From Pseudomonadales bacterium (GTDB lineage: Bacteria; Pseudomonadota; Gammaproteobacteria; Pseudomonadales; UBA7434), in contig OZ244196.1 of assembly GCA_965216795.1 (NCBI GenBank), forward strand, positions 1,409,044-1,473,043: 64,000 bases of DNA, in the 5' to 3' direction. The notes under the pieces are model-generated. The model was not told the origin of the DNA. It was given only the letters and a program-made list of their open reading frames with translations, and did not search any database. This document shows positions 28,606 to 37,023 of this stretch, piece by piece. Each line of letters starts with the position of its first letter. The stretch's first letter is position 1. Made by a program: the position numbers and the translations under genes.

Positions 28606-29817
28606 ATGATCAACGCACCTGTCGCCGCCGCCGATCGCATTGAGTCGCTCGATGTCTTGCGAGGCTTCGCAATACTCGGCATCCTGGTGCTGAATATCCA
28701 GTCTTTCGCCATGCCCGGCGCCGCCTATACCAACCCGCTGGCCTACGGCGACCTGCAGGGCGCGAATTTTGTGGTTTGGTACCTCAGCCAGCTGCTGTTC
28801 GACATGAAGTTCAACACGATTTTCGCGACCCTGTATGGCGCGGGTATTGCCCTGCTAACGCTACGCAGCGCCGACCTGCAAGCCAGCCGCAACCGCTTCC
28901 TGCAGCGTTCTTTCTGGTTGTTTATCATCGGCATGGCGCATGCATACCTGCTCTGGTATGGCGACATCCTGGTCAACTACGCGATAACTGGCGTGCTGGT
29001 ACTGGGAGCCCGGAACTGGCGCGTGAAGACCCTGCTGTACTGCGGCATCGCGCTGTTATTCGTCAGCCTCATGGTGACCACGGCGGCCGGGCTGTCACTG
29101 CCCTACTGGAGCGAGGCCGACCGGCTCGACGTGGCAAACTACTGGTCACCCTCTGCCGTCGAGATACAGGCCGAGATCGACGGCTACCTGGGCAGCATCG
29201 GCGCCCAGTTTGAAACGCGATTACCGGCTACGATCATGATGCAGACCCAGGGCTACCTGATGCTATTCCTGTGGCGCACCACGGGCCTGATGCTGATTGG
29301 CATGGCCCTGGTCAAATCCGGCTTCCTGTCGGCGCGCCTTTCTAACCGGACCTATCTGCTGTGCATGCTGCCGGGGCTGTTGATTGCACTGCCGCTGATC
29401 GCATGGGGTATCTCGCAAAATCTCGCCGCCGAGTTCAGCTACGAGTATTCAATGTTTCACGGCATGCTACCCAACCATGCAGGCAGCTTCATGCTGTCAC
29501 TGTGTTACATCAGTGGGCTGATTTTATTGTGCAAGGCCGGGCTGGCCTCGGGACTGCTCAACAGCTTCGCTGCCATTGGGCGCACAGCGCTGAGCTGCTA
29601 CCTGCTGCAAACGATCATCTGCACCAGTTTGTTTTACGGCTTCGGGCTGGGCTGGTTCGGCAGTGTGGAGCGCACCGGGCAGGCCGGTATTGTACTGGCC
29701 GTGTGGATCAGCCTGGTCGTCTTTGCACGGCTTTGGCTGCGCCGCTTCAGGGTAGGGCCTTTCGAGTGGCTCTGGCGATCACTCACCTATCGCAGCCGCC
29801 AGCCCCTGCTGCGTTAA
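28606..29817 (+). CDS. DUF418 (YeiB-like) integral membrane protein
   Basis: RIESLDVLRGFAILGILVLN N-terminus, about 10 TM, and a C-terminal GPFEWLWRSLTY motif typical of DUF418. Confidence 0.8.
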   Translation: MINAPVAAADRIESLDVLRGFAILGILVLNIQSFAMPGAAYTNPLAYGDLQGANFVVWYLSQLLFDMKFNTIFATLYGAGIALLTLRSADLQASRNRFLQRSFWLFIIGMAHAYLLWYGDILVNYAITGVLVLGARNWRVKTLLYCGIALLFVSLMVTTAAGLSLPYWSEADRLDVANYWSPSAVEIQAEIDGYLGSIGAQFETRLPATIMMQTQGYLMLFLWRTTGLMLIGMALVKSGFLSARLSNRTYLLCMLPGLLIALPLIAWGISQNLAAEFSYEYSMFHGMLPNHAGSFMLSLCYISGLILLCKAGLASGLLNSFAAIGRTALSCYLLQTIICTSLFYGFGLGWFGSVERTGQAGIVLAVWISLVVFARLWLRRFRVGPFEWLWRSLTYRSRQPLLR

Positions 29818-29819
29818 CA

Positions 29820-30683
29820 TCAGGCCGACAGCGCCGGCACCAGCTTTGACCACTGCTCAATCATCGGCATAACGATGTCGGGCTTATCCCAGTTTTCCAT
29901 ACCGACACCGATATTGACGCGCGCAATACCCATATCCTGGTAGCGCTTGAGCAGGTCGGCAGTAATTTCTCCCATCGCGACCATGGTGATTTCTACATCA
30001 TCGGGGTTGCGACCAAATTCACTGACCTTGGCGCGAAAATCTTTCACGCCCTGTTCCACATCGGGCATCGCCACATCGACCGGCATCCAGCCATCGGCCC
30101 ACTGCGCTGCATGTCGCACACCCAGTGGCCCCATCACACCCAGGATCACCGGTGGGCCACCGGCCTGACGAGGCTTTGGCTCAAACCAGACGGGATCAAA
30201 ATCGATAAGCTCACCATGGTACTCAGGCTCTGCGGCAACAAACAGCTCGCGCTGGGCCAGCACCGTTTCTTTCAACGCCAGATAGCGTCGGTCCCAGGGC
30301 AGGTGCGTGGCGTTGTTGAACTCCTCTTCATTCCAGCCCACACCGGTGCCAATCAGGACCCGGCCATTGCTGTAACGATCAAGCGTAGCAATCGTTTTGG
30401 CCTGCGAAAACAACTCGCGCTCGAGCAACAGGGCAATGCCGGTGCCCAGCTTTAGCGTCGAGGTCGCCTCTGCCGCGACCATGAGCGACAGGTAGGGATC
30501 CATCATCTTCTTGTACGGTTCAGGCATTTCGCCGCCAGGTGGGTACGGGGTTTTGCGAGCGCAGGGGATATGACTGTGCTCGCCGTACCATAGCGATTCG
30601 AAACCCGCCTCTTCCAGCGTCTTTGCAAGCAACGCAGGATGCGGATCGTTCTCGTTATTCATCGAGCTGAAACCTAGATGCAT
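29820..30683 (-). CDS. Luciferase-like monooxygenase (LLM) family oxidoreductase
   Basis: GFESLWYGEHSHIP and TIM-barrel LLM-like sequence. 287 aa. Confidence 0.75.
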   Translation of the reverse strand: MHLGFSSMNNENDPHPALLAKTLEEAGFESLWYGEHSHIPCARKTPYPPGGEMPEPYKKMMDPYLSLMVAAEATSTLKLGTGIALLLERELFSQAKTIATLDRYSNGRVLIGTGVGWNEEEFNNATHLPWDRRYLALKETVLAQRELFVAAEPEYHGELIDFDPVWFEPKPRQAGGPPVILGVMGPLGVRHAAQWADGWMPVDVAMPDVEQGVKDFRAKVSEFGRNPDDVEITMVAMGEITADLLKRYQDMGIARVNIGVGMENWDKPDIVMPMIEQWSKLVPALSA

Positions 30684-30783
30684 GGAGTGCCCCCGAAAAG
30701 TAGTCGCCAGCGTGTCGGCGTCGTCCGTATAACCTGATCGCAGGTTAACTCATCGCTGCACGCGGGTGAGTCACAAATGCGGT

Positions 30784-31221
30784 CTAACTGCCCTGCCCGG
30801 GCCGCTGCCCACCGCACAGCACCTCGGTCACCCGTTCGGTATCCAGGTACTCCCTGAGGCTGATTATCTTGTTATCGCGCAGCCGAAACAGGAAATGCAG
30901 GTTGTTCTCGTAAAAGGTGCCACTGCTGTGCATGCCTGCCACACTGGCTTCTACCGCCACACAATCGGCCTCGGCAACCATCGTGTGGACGGTGTAGTTG
31001 AGCCCCTGCGGGAACGCCTCGAGTATCCCGCCGGCAAAGGCCTCAATATCGGCGCGTTCGTAGACGCCCGATATCAGCGTTGCACCCATGGTCTGGATCG
31101 TCGCCTCGTCGTGATAGGCATCGAGGATGGCCGCCACATCCTGCCGCCCCAATGCCGCTATAAAACCCGCCACGGCGCGACGGTTCGCTGCGACTGAACT
31201 ATTATCGGTATTCGCGTTCAT
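30784..31221 (-). CDS. SnoaL-like / NTF2 (ketosteroid-isomerase-like) family protein
   Basis: Start trimmed to MNANTDN. NRRAVAGFIAALGRQDVAAILDAYHDEA is a typical SnoaL/NTF2-like opening. About 145 aa. Confidence 0.7.
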   Translation of the reverse strand: MNANTDNSSVAANRRAVAGFIAALGRQDVAAILDAYHDEATIQTMGATLISGVYERADIEAFAGGILEAFPQGLNYTVHTMVAEADCVAVEASVAGMHSSGTFYENNLHFLFRLRDNKIISLREYLDTERVTEVLCGGQRPGQGS

Positions 31222-31343
31222 AGTGCTTGCCCCCTGCTGGGCTAACGGATGGCCGCCGGGCCCAACAATGCTATAATTACCGGCGCTTTTCAGCATCCAA
31301 TGCTAGCATATCAATAATCAACAGGTCGTTTCGGGACTACGCA

Positions 31344-31868
31344 GTGGACTTTCAGACTCTCCGGTTTATCGTTTTAGCTTCAGTGCTTTATGGGTTGTTT
31401 CACTTCGGTTACCACAAAATTCCCGACGACGTGCTGCGCACCCAGATCTACCCCAATGTGATTGGTCATGCCGCTGCAGCGACCATCAATACCATCACGC
31501 CCGATCGCGAGGTCTGGGTCCAGGACCATGCAATCATTTCACCCAAGGCGCGGCTCAACATCGTTCGCGGCTGTGACGGCTCGGGCGTGCTGTTCATGCT
31601 ATGCGCTGCGATTCTCGGCTTTGGCGCCAATGTCCGGCAAACGCTGGTTGGCCTGGTCACCGGCATCCTGACGGTGTACCTGATTAACCAGGTGCGTATC
31701 GTCGGGCTCTACTATGTCGTCGAGCACAACCGCTTGTGGTTTCCTCCTGTGCACACCTACTACGCGCCAACGCTCATCATCCTGCTTATCGCGGCATTCT
31801 TCCTGGCCTGGACGCGCTGGGTGACCCAGCAGGAGCAGGCTGCGGCGACACCGGAGACAGGCCAATGA
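31344..31868 (+). CDS. Exosortase/archaeosortase family protein, short form (XrtH-like?)
   Basis: The Cys-Arg-His triad sits at exosortase-like spacing in TM helices: IVRGCDGSGVLF, then NQVRIVG 41 residues later, then EH/PPVH. Start uncertain; I chose GTG at 31344, while the track uses TTG at 31227. Confidence 0.6.
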   Translation: MDFQTLRFIVLASVLYGLFHFGYHKIPDDVLRTQIYPNVIGHAAAATINTITPDREVWVQDHAIISPKARLNIVRGCDGSGVLFMLCAAILGFGANVRQTLVGLVTGILTVYLINQVRIVGLYYVVEHNRLWFPPVHTYYAPTLIILLIAAFFLAWTRWVTQQEQAAATPETGQ

Positions 31869-32470
31869 ACAATGCCAACCTGCTGCCGCTGGCCTTCAAG
31901 GCGCTGGCCATCTGGCTAGTGCTGTCACTGGCGGGGTTTTTCTGGGGGCAGAAGCTCGTTGAGACGCTTATCCCCTTCTATGAAACCGTCGCCGAATCAG
32001 CGTCGACCGGTTACCAGGCACGAATGTACATTGAAGAGGCGCATGAAACCAAAATCGTTATGGCAGCGACGGCACTGCAGGCACAGCCCATATCGCCGAA
32101 GCGATCTGTCCCTGCCGGCACCACCCTGGAATCGAAGATCACTGTCCTGCACGCGCTCGTGCCACTGGTCATTTTGCTAACGGTGATGTTTAGCTGGCCA
32201 TTGAAGCAAGGCCGGCAGTGGTTGATGCTCGCGATACTGGCGATACCTGCCCTGCTATTTGTCTCGGCCGCAACGGCGCCCCTGCAACTGCTCGGCTGGC
32301 ATGAGATCGCCTTTATCGAAGCCTCTGCCCGCGACGGCCACAGCCGGCCGGAGCCCTGGGTCGTCAGCTGGATGAAATTGACTGAGGGTGGTGGACGCTG
32401 GCTGCTGCCCGTCCTCACTGGCGTTGCCTGTGCAGCCGTGGCACAGCGCCTGGGTGCGACTCGCAGCTAG
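31865..32470 (+). CDS. Exosortase-associated integral membrane protein (candidate)
   Basis: Start trimmed to MNNANLLPLAFKALAIWLVLSLAGFFWG. ATGA overlap with the exosortase-family gene stop. About 4 TM, 201 aa. Confidence 0.55.
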   Translation: MNNANLLPLAFKALAIWLVLSLAGFFWGQKLVETLIPFYETVAESASTGYQARMYIEEAHETKIVMAATALQAQPISPKRSVPAGTTLESKITVLHALVPLVILLTVMFSWPLKQGRQWLMLAILAIPALLFVSAATAPLQLLGWHEIAFIEASARDGHSRPEPWVVSWMKLTEGGGRWLLPVLTGVACAAVAQRLGATRS

Positions 32471-32874
32471 CGCCCGGACTCGCTATCGCCCGGGTCGACG
32501 TCTTCGATGTCACGACGATTCTCGACTTTGATGTCACCGCTGACAACCTGCCAGAAGTTGCCGATTTGCTTGGCCAGATCCAGACCCATTGATCGTCGCG
32601 CGCTATTGCCCTCTGCGGGAAAGAACTCCTTGACGTTGATATCCAGGATTTTCTCGTACTTGCGGATCGTGCGCTTGCTGTGGACCAGTAGCAGCACCTT
32701 CCAGCCGAAGTGATAGCCGATCATCAGCATGCCGATCGCCTTCTCGAGCTCTTCGAGAGAACCGGAGAAACGGGCAACCGCCTGCCCTGCCTTGTCAAAG
32801 GCAGCGACCTTCTCTTCGTCACTGAGATCCGCCAGGGCTTCCAGGTTGCGCTGTAAGCGACTATCGTCGGTCAT
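32467..32874 (-). CDS. Hypothetical protein
   Basis: 135-aa ORF with coding-like composition and no recognised motif. The 3' end overlaps the convergent gene by 4 nt. Confidence 0.5.
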   Translation of the reverse strand: MTDDSRLQRNLEALADLSDEEKVAAFDKAGQAVARFSGSLEELEKAIGMLMIGYHFGWKVLLLVHSKRTIRKYEKILDINVKEFFPAEGNSARRSMGLDLAKQIGNFWQVVSGDIKVENRRDIEDVDPGDSESGR

Positions 32875-33064
32875 TCCAATCCCGATCTGTCTGGATGAAT
32901 TTTAATCACTCAAAAAGCCTGGCAGGGTAGCTGGCATCATGCCCCTCACGGGGCCCCAAACTATTGATTATAGCTGCGTATAATGCCGATGCGACCACCG
33001 CGAGCGGCGCATGGAGCGCACGGTACGCGACTTTCTTTCTCCATCGAGACGAGGCTCGGCCAAC

Positions 33065-33568
33065 ATGGCAACAAAAAAATCCAAAGCTGCACTGAGCGAA
33101 CGCGCTGGTGATTTCGCGCGCAACATCTGGCTGGCGGGGCTGGGCGCCTACGGTGAGGCCTATGACGATATGGCCAACCCGCCGAAGTCGCTCAAGGAAC
33201 TGCCGCAATTGTTCAAGGACCTGGTAGACAAAGGTGCCGGCCTTGAGTCGGGCGGGGGCAAAACCAGCAAAGCTGCGCGCAAGCGCTCCGCCCTGGCCGA
33301 CAGTGAAAACATCGAGCAACGCATTCGCCGAATGCGCGAGAACCTGTCGCTCAGTTGGACCGGGCAGTCATCCGCAGACGTCGACAGGCTCGAGCAGAAA
33401 ATCGACGCCCTCAGCGAGCAGGTTGGCCAGTTGCAACAACAGCTGGACAAGCTGGGCGCCACCAAACCCCGAAAAAAAGCCGCGGCGAAGAAAACAGCGG
33501 GCACCACCAAAAAGCGGGTCGCCGGCGCGAAGAAACGGGTCGCCAGGGCCGCTAGCAAAAAACGCTGA
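33065..33568 (+). CDS. Polyhydroxyalkanoate granule-associated phasin, PhaF-like (Lys/Ala-rich histone-like tail)
   Basis: Start trimmed to MATKKSKAAL. ARNIWLAGLGAYGEAYD phasin motif, coiled-coil LEQKIDALSEQVGQLQQQLDKL, and a C-terminal KKAAAKKTAGTTKKRVAGAKKRVARAASKKR tail. Confidence 0.8.
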   Translation: MATKKSKAALSERAGDFARNIWLAGLGAYGEAYDDMANPPKSLKELPQLFKDLVDKGAGLESGGGKTSKAARKRSALADSENIEQRIRRMRENLSLSWTGQSSADVDRLEQKIDALSEQVGQLQQQLDKLGATKPRKKAAAKKTAGTTKKRVAGAKKRVARAASKKR

Positions 33569-33588
33569 AACCTGCCTCTCACACCACG

Positions 33589-34239
33589 ATGAAAACCAGG
33601 GATCGTATCCTGCTCACCAGCCTGACCCTGTTCAACGAACTGGGCGAGGCCAATGTCACGACCGTCGACATTGCGATCGAGATGGAAATTAGCCCTGGCA
33701 ACCTGTACTACCACTTCAAGGGCAAAGAGGCGATTATCGAACAGCTCTACACGCTGATGGAGTCTGAACTGCTGGCGGTACTGGATGCCGGGCTGGAGGA
33801 CGAAATCGACGTCGAGAACGCCTGGTTCTATCTCTACGTCGTGTTCGAGCAAATCTACAAATATCGCTATTTCTATCGCAACATCGCCGACCTGCTGGCA
33901 CGCTATCCGGCATTGCAAAAACGCTTTGCGAAAGTACTCGGTAAAAAGCGAAAAACCGCGCTCGCGACCTTGCAGCTGCTGGCCGATGCCGAAGTGGTCG
34001 AAATCAGCAGCGAGTTACAGCACCAGCACCTGGCCGACAACATCGTGATGTTACTCACGTACTGGTTGAACTTCAGCGAGCTTGAGCAACGCTCCCAGGC
34101 AAACCCGGTGCTGTCAATTCACCGCGGTGTCTTCCAGGTCATGTCGCTGATCGCACCCTATTTACGCGCGGAATACGCCGAGTTTTATCGCGAATGCGAA
34201 GCGCTTTTCGCTGGCCTGAGTAAAGAACTCGGCGGCTAA
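33589..34239 (+). CDS. TetR/AcrR family transcriptional regulator (PhaD-like position)
   Basis: N-terminal HTH RDRILLTSLTLFNELGEANVTTVDIAIEMEISPGNLYYHFKGKEAI. Confidence 0.9.
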   Translation: MKTRDRILLTSLTLFNELGEANVTTVDIAIEMEISPGNLYYHFKGKEAIIEQLYTLMESELLAVLDAGLEDEIDVENAWFYLYVVFEQIYKYRYFYRNIADLLARYPALQKRFAKVLGKKRKTALATLQLLADAEVVEISSELQHQHLADNIVMLLTYWLNFSELEQRSQANPVLSIHRGVFQVMSLIAPYLRAEYAEFYRECEALFAGLSKELGG

Positions 34240-34364
34240 ACCCGCCCGGTAAAATCACCAAATTGCCCGGCTGGCGGGAGCCTCCCTTCTGCTATTATTG
34301 CCAGCGAATTAATTATCGCGCCGGACACAGGTGCGGCCTGCCAAGCCAAAGAGAGGTTTTACCG

Positions 34365-34589
34365 ATGGATGCCATGTCTTCGTTCCTGCTGGTCAGTGGT
34401 GGAATTTTGCTGGTCGGCAGCTGGCTGACCATGATCTTTGCGGCGAGCAGTGAAGACTTCACATGGGGGCTTTGCGCGGTATTCCTGCCCCCCCTGGCCT
34501 ATCTGTACGGATTGTTCCAGTGGGAGAAAGCCGGCGACGCGATCAAGATGGCTGTCCTTGGCCTGGTGCTGGTGGGCATCGGGCTCTAG
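34365..34589 (+). CDS. Small two-TM membrane protein
   Basis: Start trimmed to MDAMSSFLLVSGGILLVGSWL, after a GAGAGG Shine-Dalgarno. 74 aa with two hydrophobic helices. Confidence 0.5.
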   Translation: MDAMSSFLLVSGGILLVGSWLTMIFAASSEDFTWGLCAVFLPPLAYLYGLFQWEKAGDAIKMAVLGLVLVGIGL

Positions 34590-34894
34590 GACAAGCTGGT
34601 CATTTTTTAACCGCTCTTGATGGCCGATCCCCTCCCTGTGCTGGCCTCTGAGCCGGTTGCTCGCGCTGGCAAGCTGCAACAGGCCAGAACTGGCCGCGAT
34701 GACCATCCGGGGGAGGCGCACTTTGGCCCCTGCCTTGCCGAGGCGAGCTGCGCGCCCTTCTCCAACGACGTTCAAGCCTTCGCCGAGGTAAGCCCTACCC
34801 ATGGCCCCAGCGCCCCCCTGGCGCTGCAACAGCCCATCAGGGACCTGACTGCACCGACACCTGCGAAGGGCCAGCAGCGCCGCCGCGGGCGTCG

Positions 34895-36001
34895 CTAGCC
34901 GGGGTACAGGTAACTCTCGCGCAGGGCTTCCAGTTCGGCCTCGCCAAGCCCGATCTGCGATCGCAGGTAGTTCTCGATCCCACCGGATTGCGCGTCAATC
35001 TCGGCCACCGCGGCCTGCAGGTAACTGGCCTTGACACCCAGAATCACCGCCAATGCCTGGCGATCGAACCGCATTGGGCCCGAACCCCCTTGCTGGCCAG
35101 CCCAGGCGCTGGTATCCGCCCCCTCATAATCGCGCGTCCAGCGCGCGACTTCGTGCTCGACGTCGACAAAGCGATTGGTGAGCAGGTAGTCCACCAGGCA
35201 GTCTGCGACCGGCACGCCGAGCGCCGTGAGGACCAACAGACCACCGAAACCAGTGCGATCCTTGCCCGCAGAGCAGTGGATGATCGACGCCTGTTCACGG
35301 GCATCGAGCAGTTCATCAAACATGCGCCGATAGCTGGCGGTATGATTGGCAGCAAGATCCCGGTTGATGTCCTGCATAAAGCGGTCGATCGTCGCCTCCT
35401 CCACCCCCTCGCTGAGCGTGGCAGAAAACAGGTCCATCGAACTGCCGGGCGATATCACGATGGATGTCGGTGCCAGGCCCTCTGGTAGCCGGCTGGGCCT
35501 GTGGGCGGCCTCCTCTTCGCGGCGAAAATCACAAACCCGGACGATACCCAGGCGCTCAATCGCCTCGACATCGGCATCACTCAGGTCACCCATATGACCT
35601 GTCCGGAACAGCTTGCCCCAGGCAACCTGGCGGCCGGCCGCCGTGCGATAGCCGCCGTAATCGCGAAAATTGGCTGCCGCAGACATCGGCACCTGGCGCG
35701 GCGCCAGGTGAAAAAGTCGCTGTTCGCCTGCATTGAGCGACAGCACGGGGTGGGCGTAGCGATCAACGGGCTGACCCAGTGCCGCCGAAAGCGTTTCAAA
35801 GCTCAGGAGCGCACCGTCCTCCCCCTGCCAATCGAGCGGTATCGCCACAGGCTTTGCGCCGGCTATGCGCTCGCATCGCCACTGCAGGGGCACTGCCTGC
35901 GACTGCCAGTGCGATTCGCTCCCCGGCTGGTATTGCAATCGCCAGCCACCGTCTTCGGGGCTGAGGTCGGGCAGCGGCAGCGAGGCCGGGTGCGTGCTCA
36001 T
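34895..36001 (-). CDS. Tyrosine-protein phosphatase (Y_phosphatase3-like) with an about 100-aa N-terminal extension
   Basis: CX5R P-loop HCSAGKDRTG. 368 aa. Confidence 0.85.
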   Translation of the reverse strand: MSTHPASLPLPDLSPEDGGWRLQYQPGSESHWQSQAVPLQWRCERIAGAKPVAIPLDWQGEDGALLSFETLSAALGQPVDRYAHPVLSLNAGEQRLFHLAPRQVPMSAAANFRDYGGYRTAAGRQVAWGKLFRTGHMGDLSDADVEAIERLGIVRVCDFRREEEAAHRPSRLPEGLAPTSIVISPGSSMDLFSATLSEGVEEATIDRFMQDINRDLAANHTASYRRMFDELLDAREQASIIHCSAGKDRTGFGGLLVLTALGVPVADCLVDYLLTNRFVDVEHEVARWTRDYEGADTSAWAGQQGGSGPMRFDRQALAVILGVKASYLQAAVAEIDAQSGGIENYLRSQIGLGEAELEALRESYLYPG

Positions 36002-36112
36002 GGGCTATTCCTGACTGGGGTGAAGCATGCGATGTTAAGCAGCGGCGGCGCTGCTCACAAGATCATTTCCCGCCAATCAGGGGCGGCGCCTGCGGCGGAA
36101 AAACAGGTAGGC

Positions 36113-36148
36113 ATAAAAAACGCGCCGTACCACTGGATCGGCGCGTTT
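36113..36148 (-). terminator. Rho-independent terminator
   Basis: On the minus strand: ACGCGCCG, an 11-nt loop, CGGCGCGT, then TTTTTT (plus-strand A-run 36115-36120). It lies about 230 nt downstream of the ssb stop. Confidence 0.6.
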
Positions 36149-36379
36149 AGCACTTGCGGTCACTTCCTGTGCTTGCATAGCCAGAACGGCAAGCTCTGCG
36201 GGTACATCCGGCACCCCTCCCACCCTGGAGACTGCGTTGCAGAGACTTATCTGGACGGTGCGTACTATTGACTGTAGTTGAGGCCGTGCCGGGCGGCAAA
36301 CCGAATGGTGTTATTTGGCGCCAGGGCGGGGGCTCGTGGCGCGACTGGTGAACCGCTTCACAGATCGGGCGGAACGGGG

Positions 36380-36826
36380 CTAGAACGGGATATCGTCATC
36401 CCAGTCATCGGCCGCCATGGCAGGCTCAGGCGCAGCCTGTGGCTGGGCAGGCGCCTTCTGGAACGACTGGTCACCGCCACCCGCGCTGCCACGCGAGTCC
36501 AGCATCTGCATTTCGCCGGCAACGATTTCGGTGGTGTAGCGGTCCTGCCCGCTCTTGTCCTGCCATTTGCGGGTTCGCAGTGAGCCCTCGACATAGACCT
36601 TGGAGCCCTTCTTCAGGTACTCACCGGCGATTTCAGCGAGCCGGTTAAAGAATACGACGCGGTGCCACTCGGTGCGCTCCTGGGGCTGGCCCGTCTGCTT
36701 GTCCTTCCAGGTCTCGCTGGTTGCGATGCTGATATTGGTAATGGCAGCGCCAGAGGCAGCAAACCGCGTTTCGGGATCCTGACCGCAATTGCCTACCAGA
36801 ATGACTTTGTTGATACCTCTAGCCAT
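36380..36826 (-). CDS. ssb: Single-stranded DNA-binding protein
   Basis: Start trimmed to [21 protein letters not shown]-fold core and the C-terminal acidic tip DDDIPF. Confidence 0.95.
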   Translation of the reverse strand: MARGINKVILVGNCGQDPETRFAASGAAITNISIATSETWKDKQTGQPQERTEWHRVVFFNRLAEIAGEYLKKGSKVYVEGSLRTRKWQDKSGQDRYTTEIVAGEMQMLDSRGSAGGGDQSFQKAPAQPQAAPEPAMAADDWDDDIPF

Positions 36827-37023
36827 CGTTCTCTCCAGCCTACCATCATTGTTTGGACAAAGGCCGCCGTCATGGGGCCTGCACAGGAGTTGCAATATAT
36901 ACGATTGCCGGCCCAAGCTCCAGCAGCGCACCCTCAAAAAGCGGTTTGATTTTGCTATCGGCGGAGCCGCTACTTTATACTATCCAGTTCGCCACGCATT
37001 TTGTGTTTCCCTGTGAAGTAAAG

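Noticed and set aside
5359-32470. Several convergent gene pairs whose 3' ends overlap or nearly touch (5359-5362, 27509-27518, 32467-32470; a 2-nt gap at 29818-29819)
   Set aside because: This is consistent with a compact genome. No common sequence or structure is shared at these junctions.
34617-34898. 93-aa ORF (MMADPLPVLASEPVARAGKLQQ...) in the 305-nt gap before the phosphatase gene
   Set aside because: It has moderately high GC3, but the Pro/Ala/Gly-rich low-complexity sequence, absence of a Shine-Dalgarno and lack of any motif make it unconvincing. It may be a high-G+C artefact. Left unannotated.
36149-36379. Tested whether the noncoding stretch downstream of ssb is SRP (4.5S), 6S, tmRNA or RNase P RNA
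   Set aside because: On either strand I found no GGAAGCAGCC-type SRP domain IV motif, no 6S-like central bubble context, and no tRNA-like end. A partial resemblance (GTGCCGGATGTA versus E. coli GUGCCGGGAUGUA) is too short to count. It is kept only as an unclassified sRNA or 3' UTR candidate.
36971-36989. Possible LexA/SOS box in the ssb-uvrA divergent promoter region (TACTTTATACTATCCAGTT)
   Set aside because: Against the gammaproteobacterial CTGT-N8-ACAG consensus it is one nucleotide too short (CTT-N9-CAG) and lacks the G of CTG. It is better explained as a uvrA promoter: TTGCTA (36952-36957), 18 nt, TATACT (36976-36981). I could not find a canonical SOS box here.
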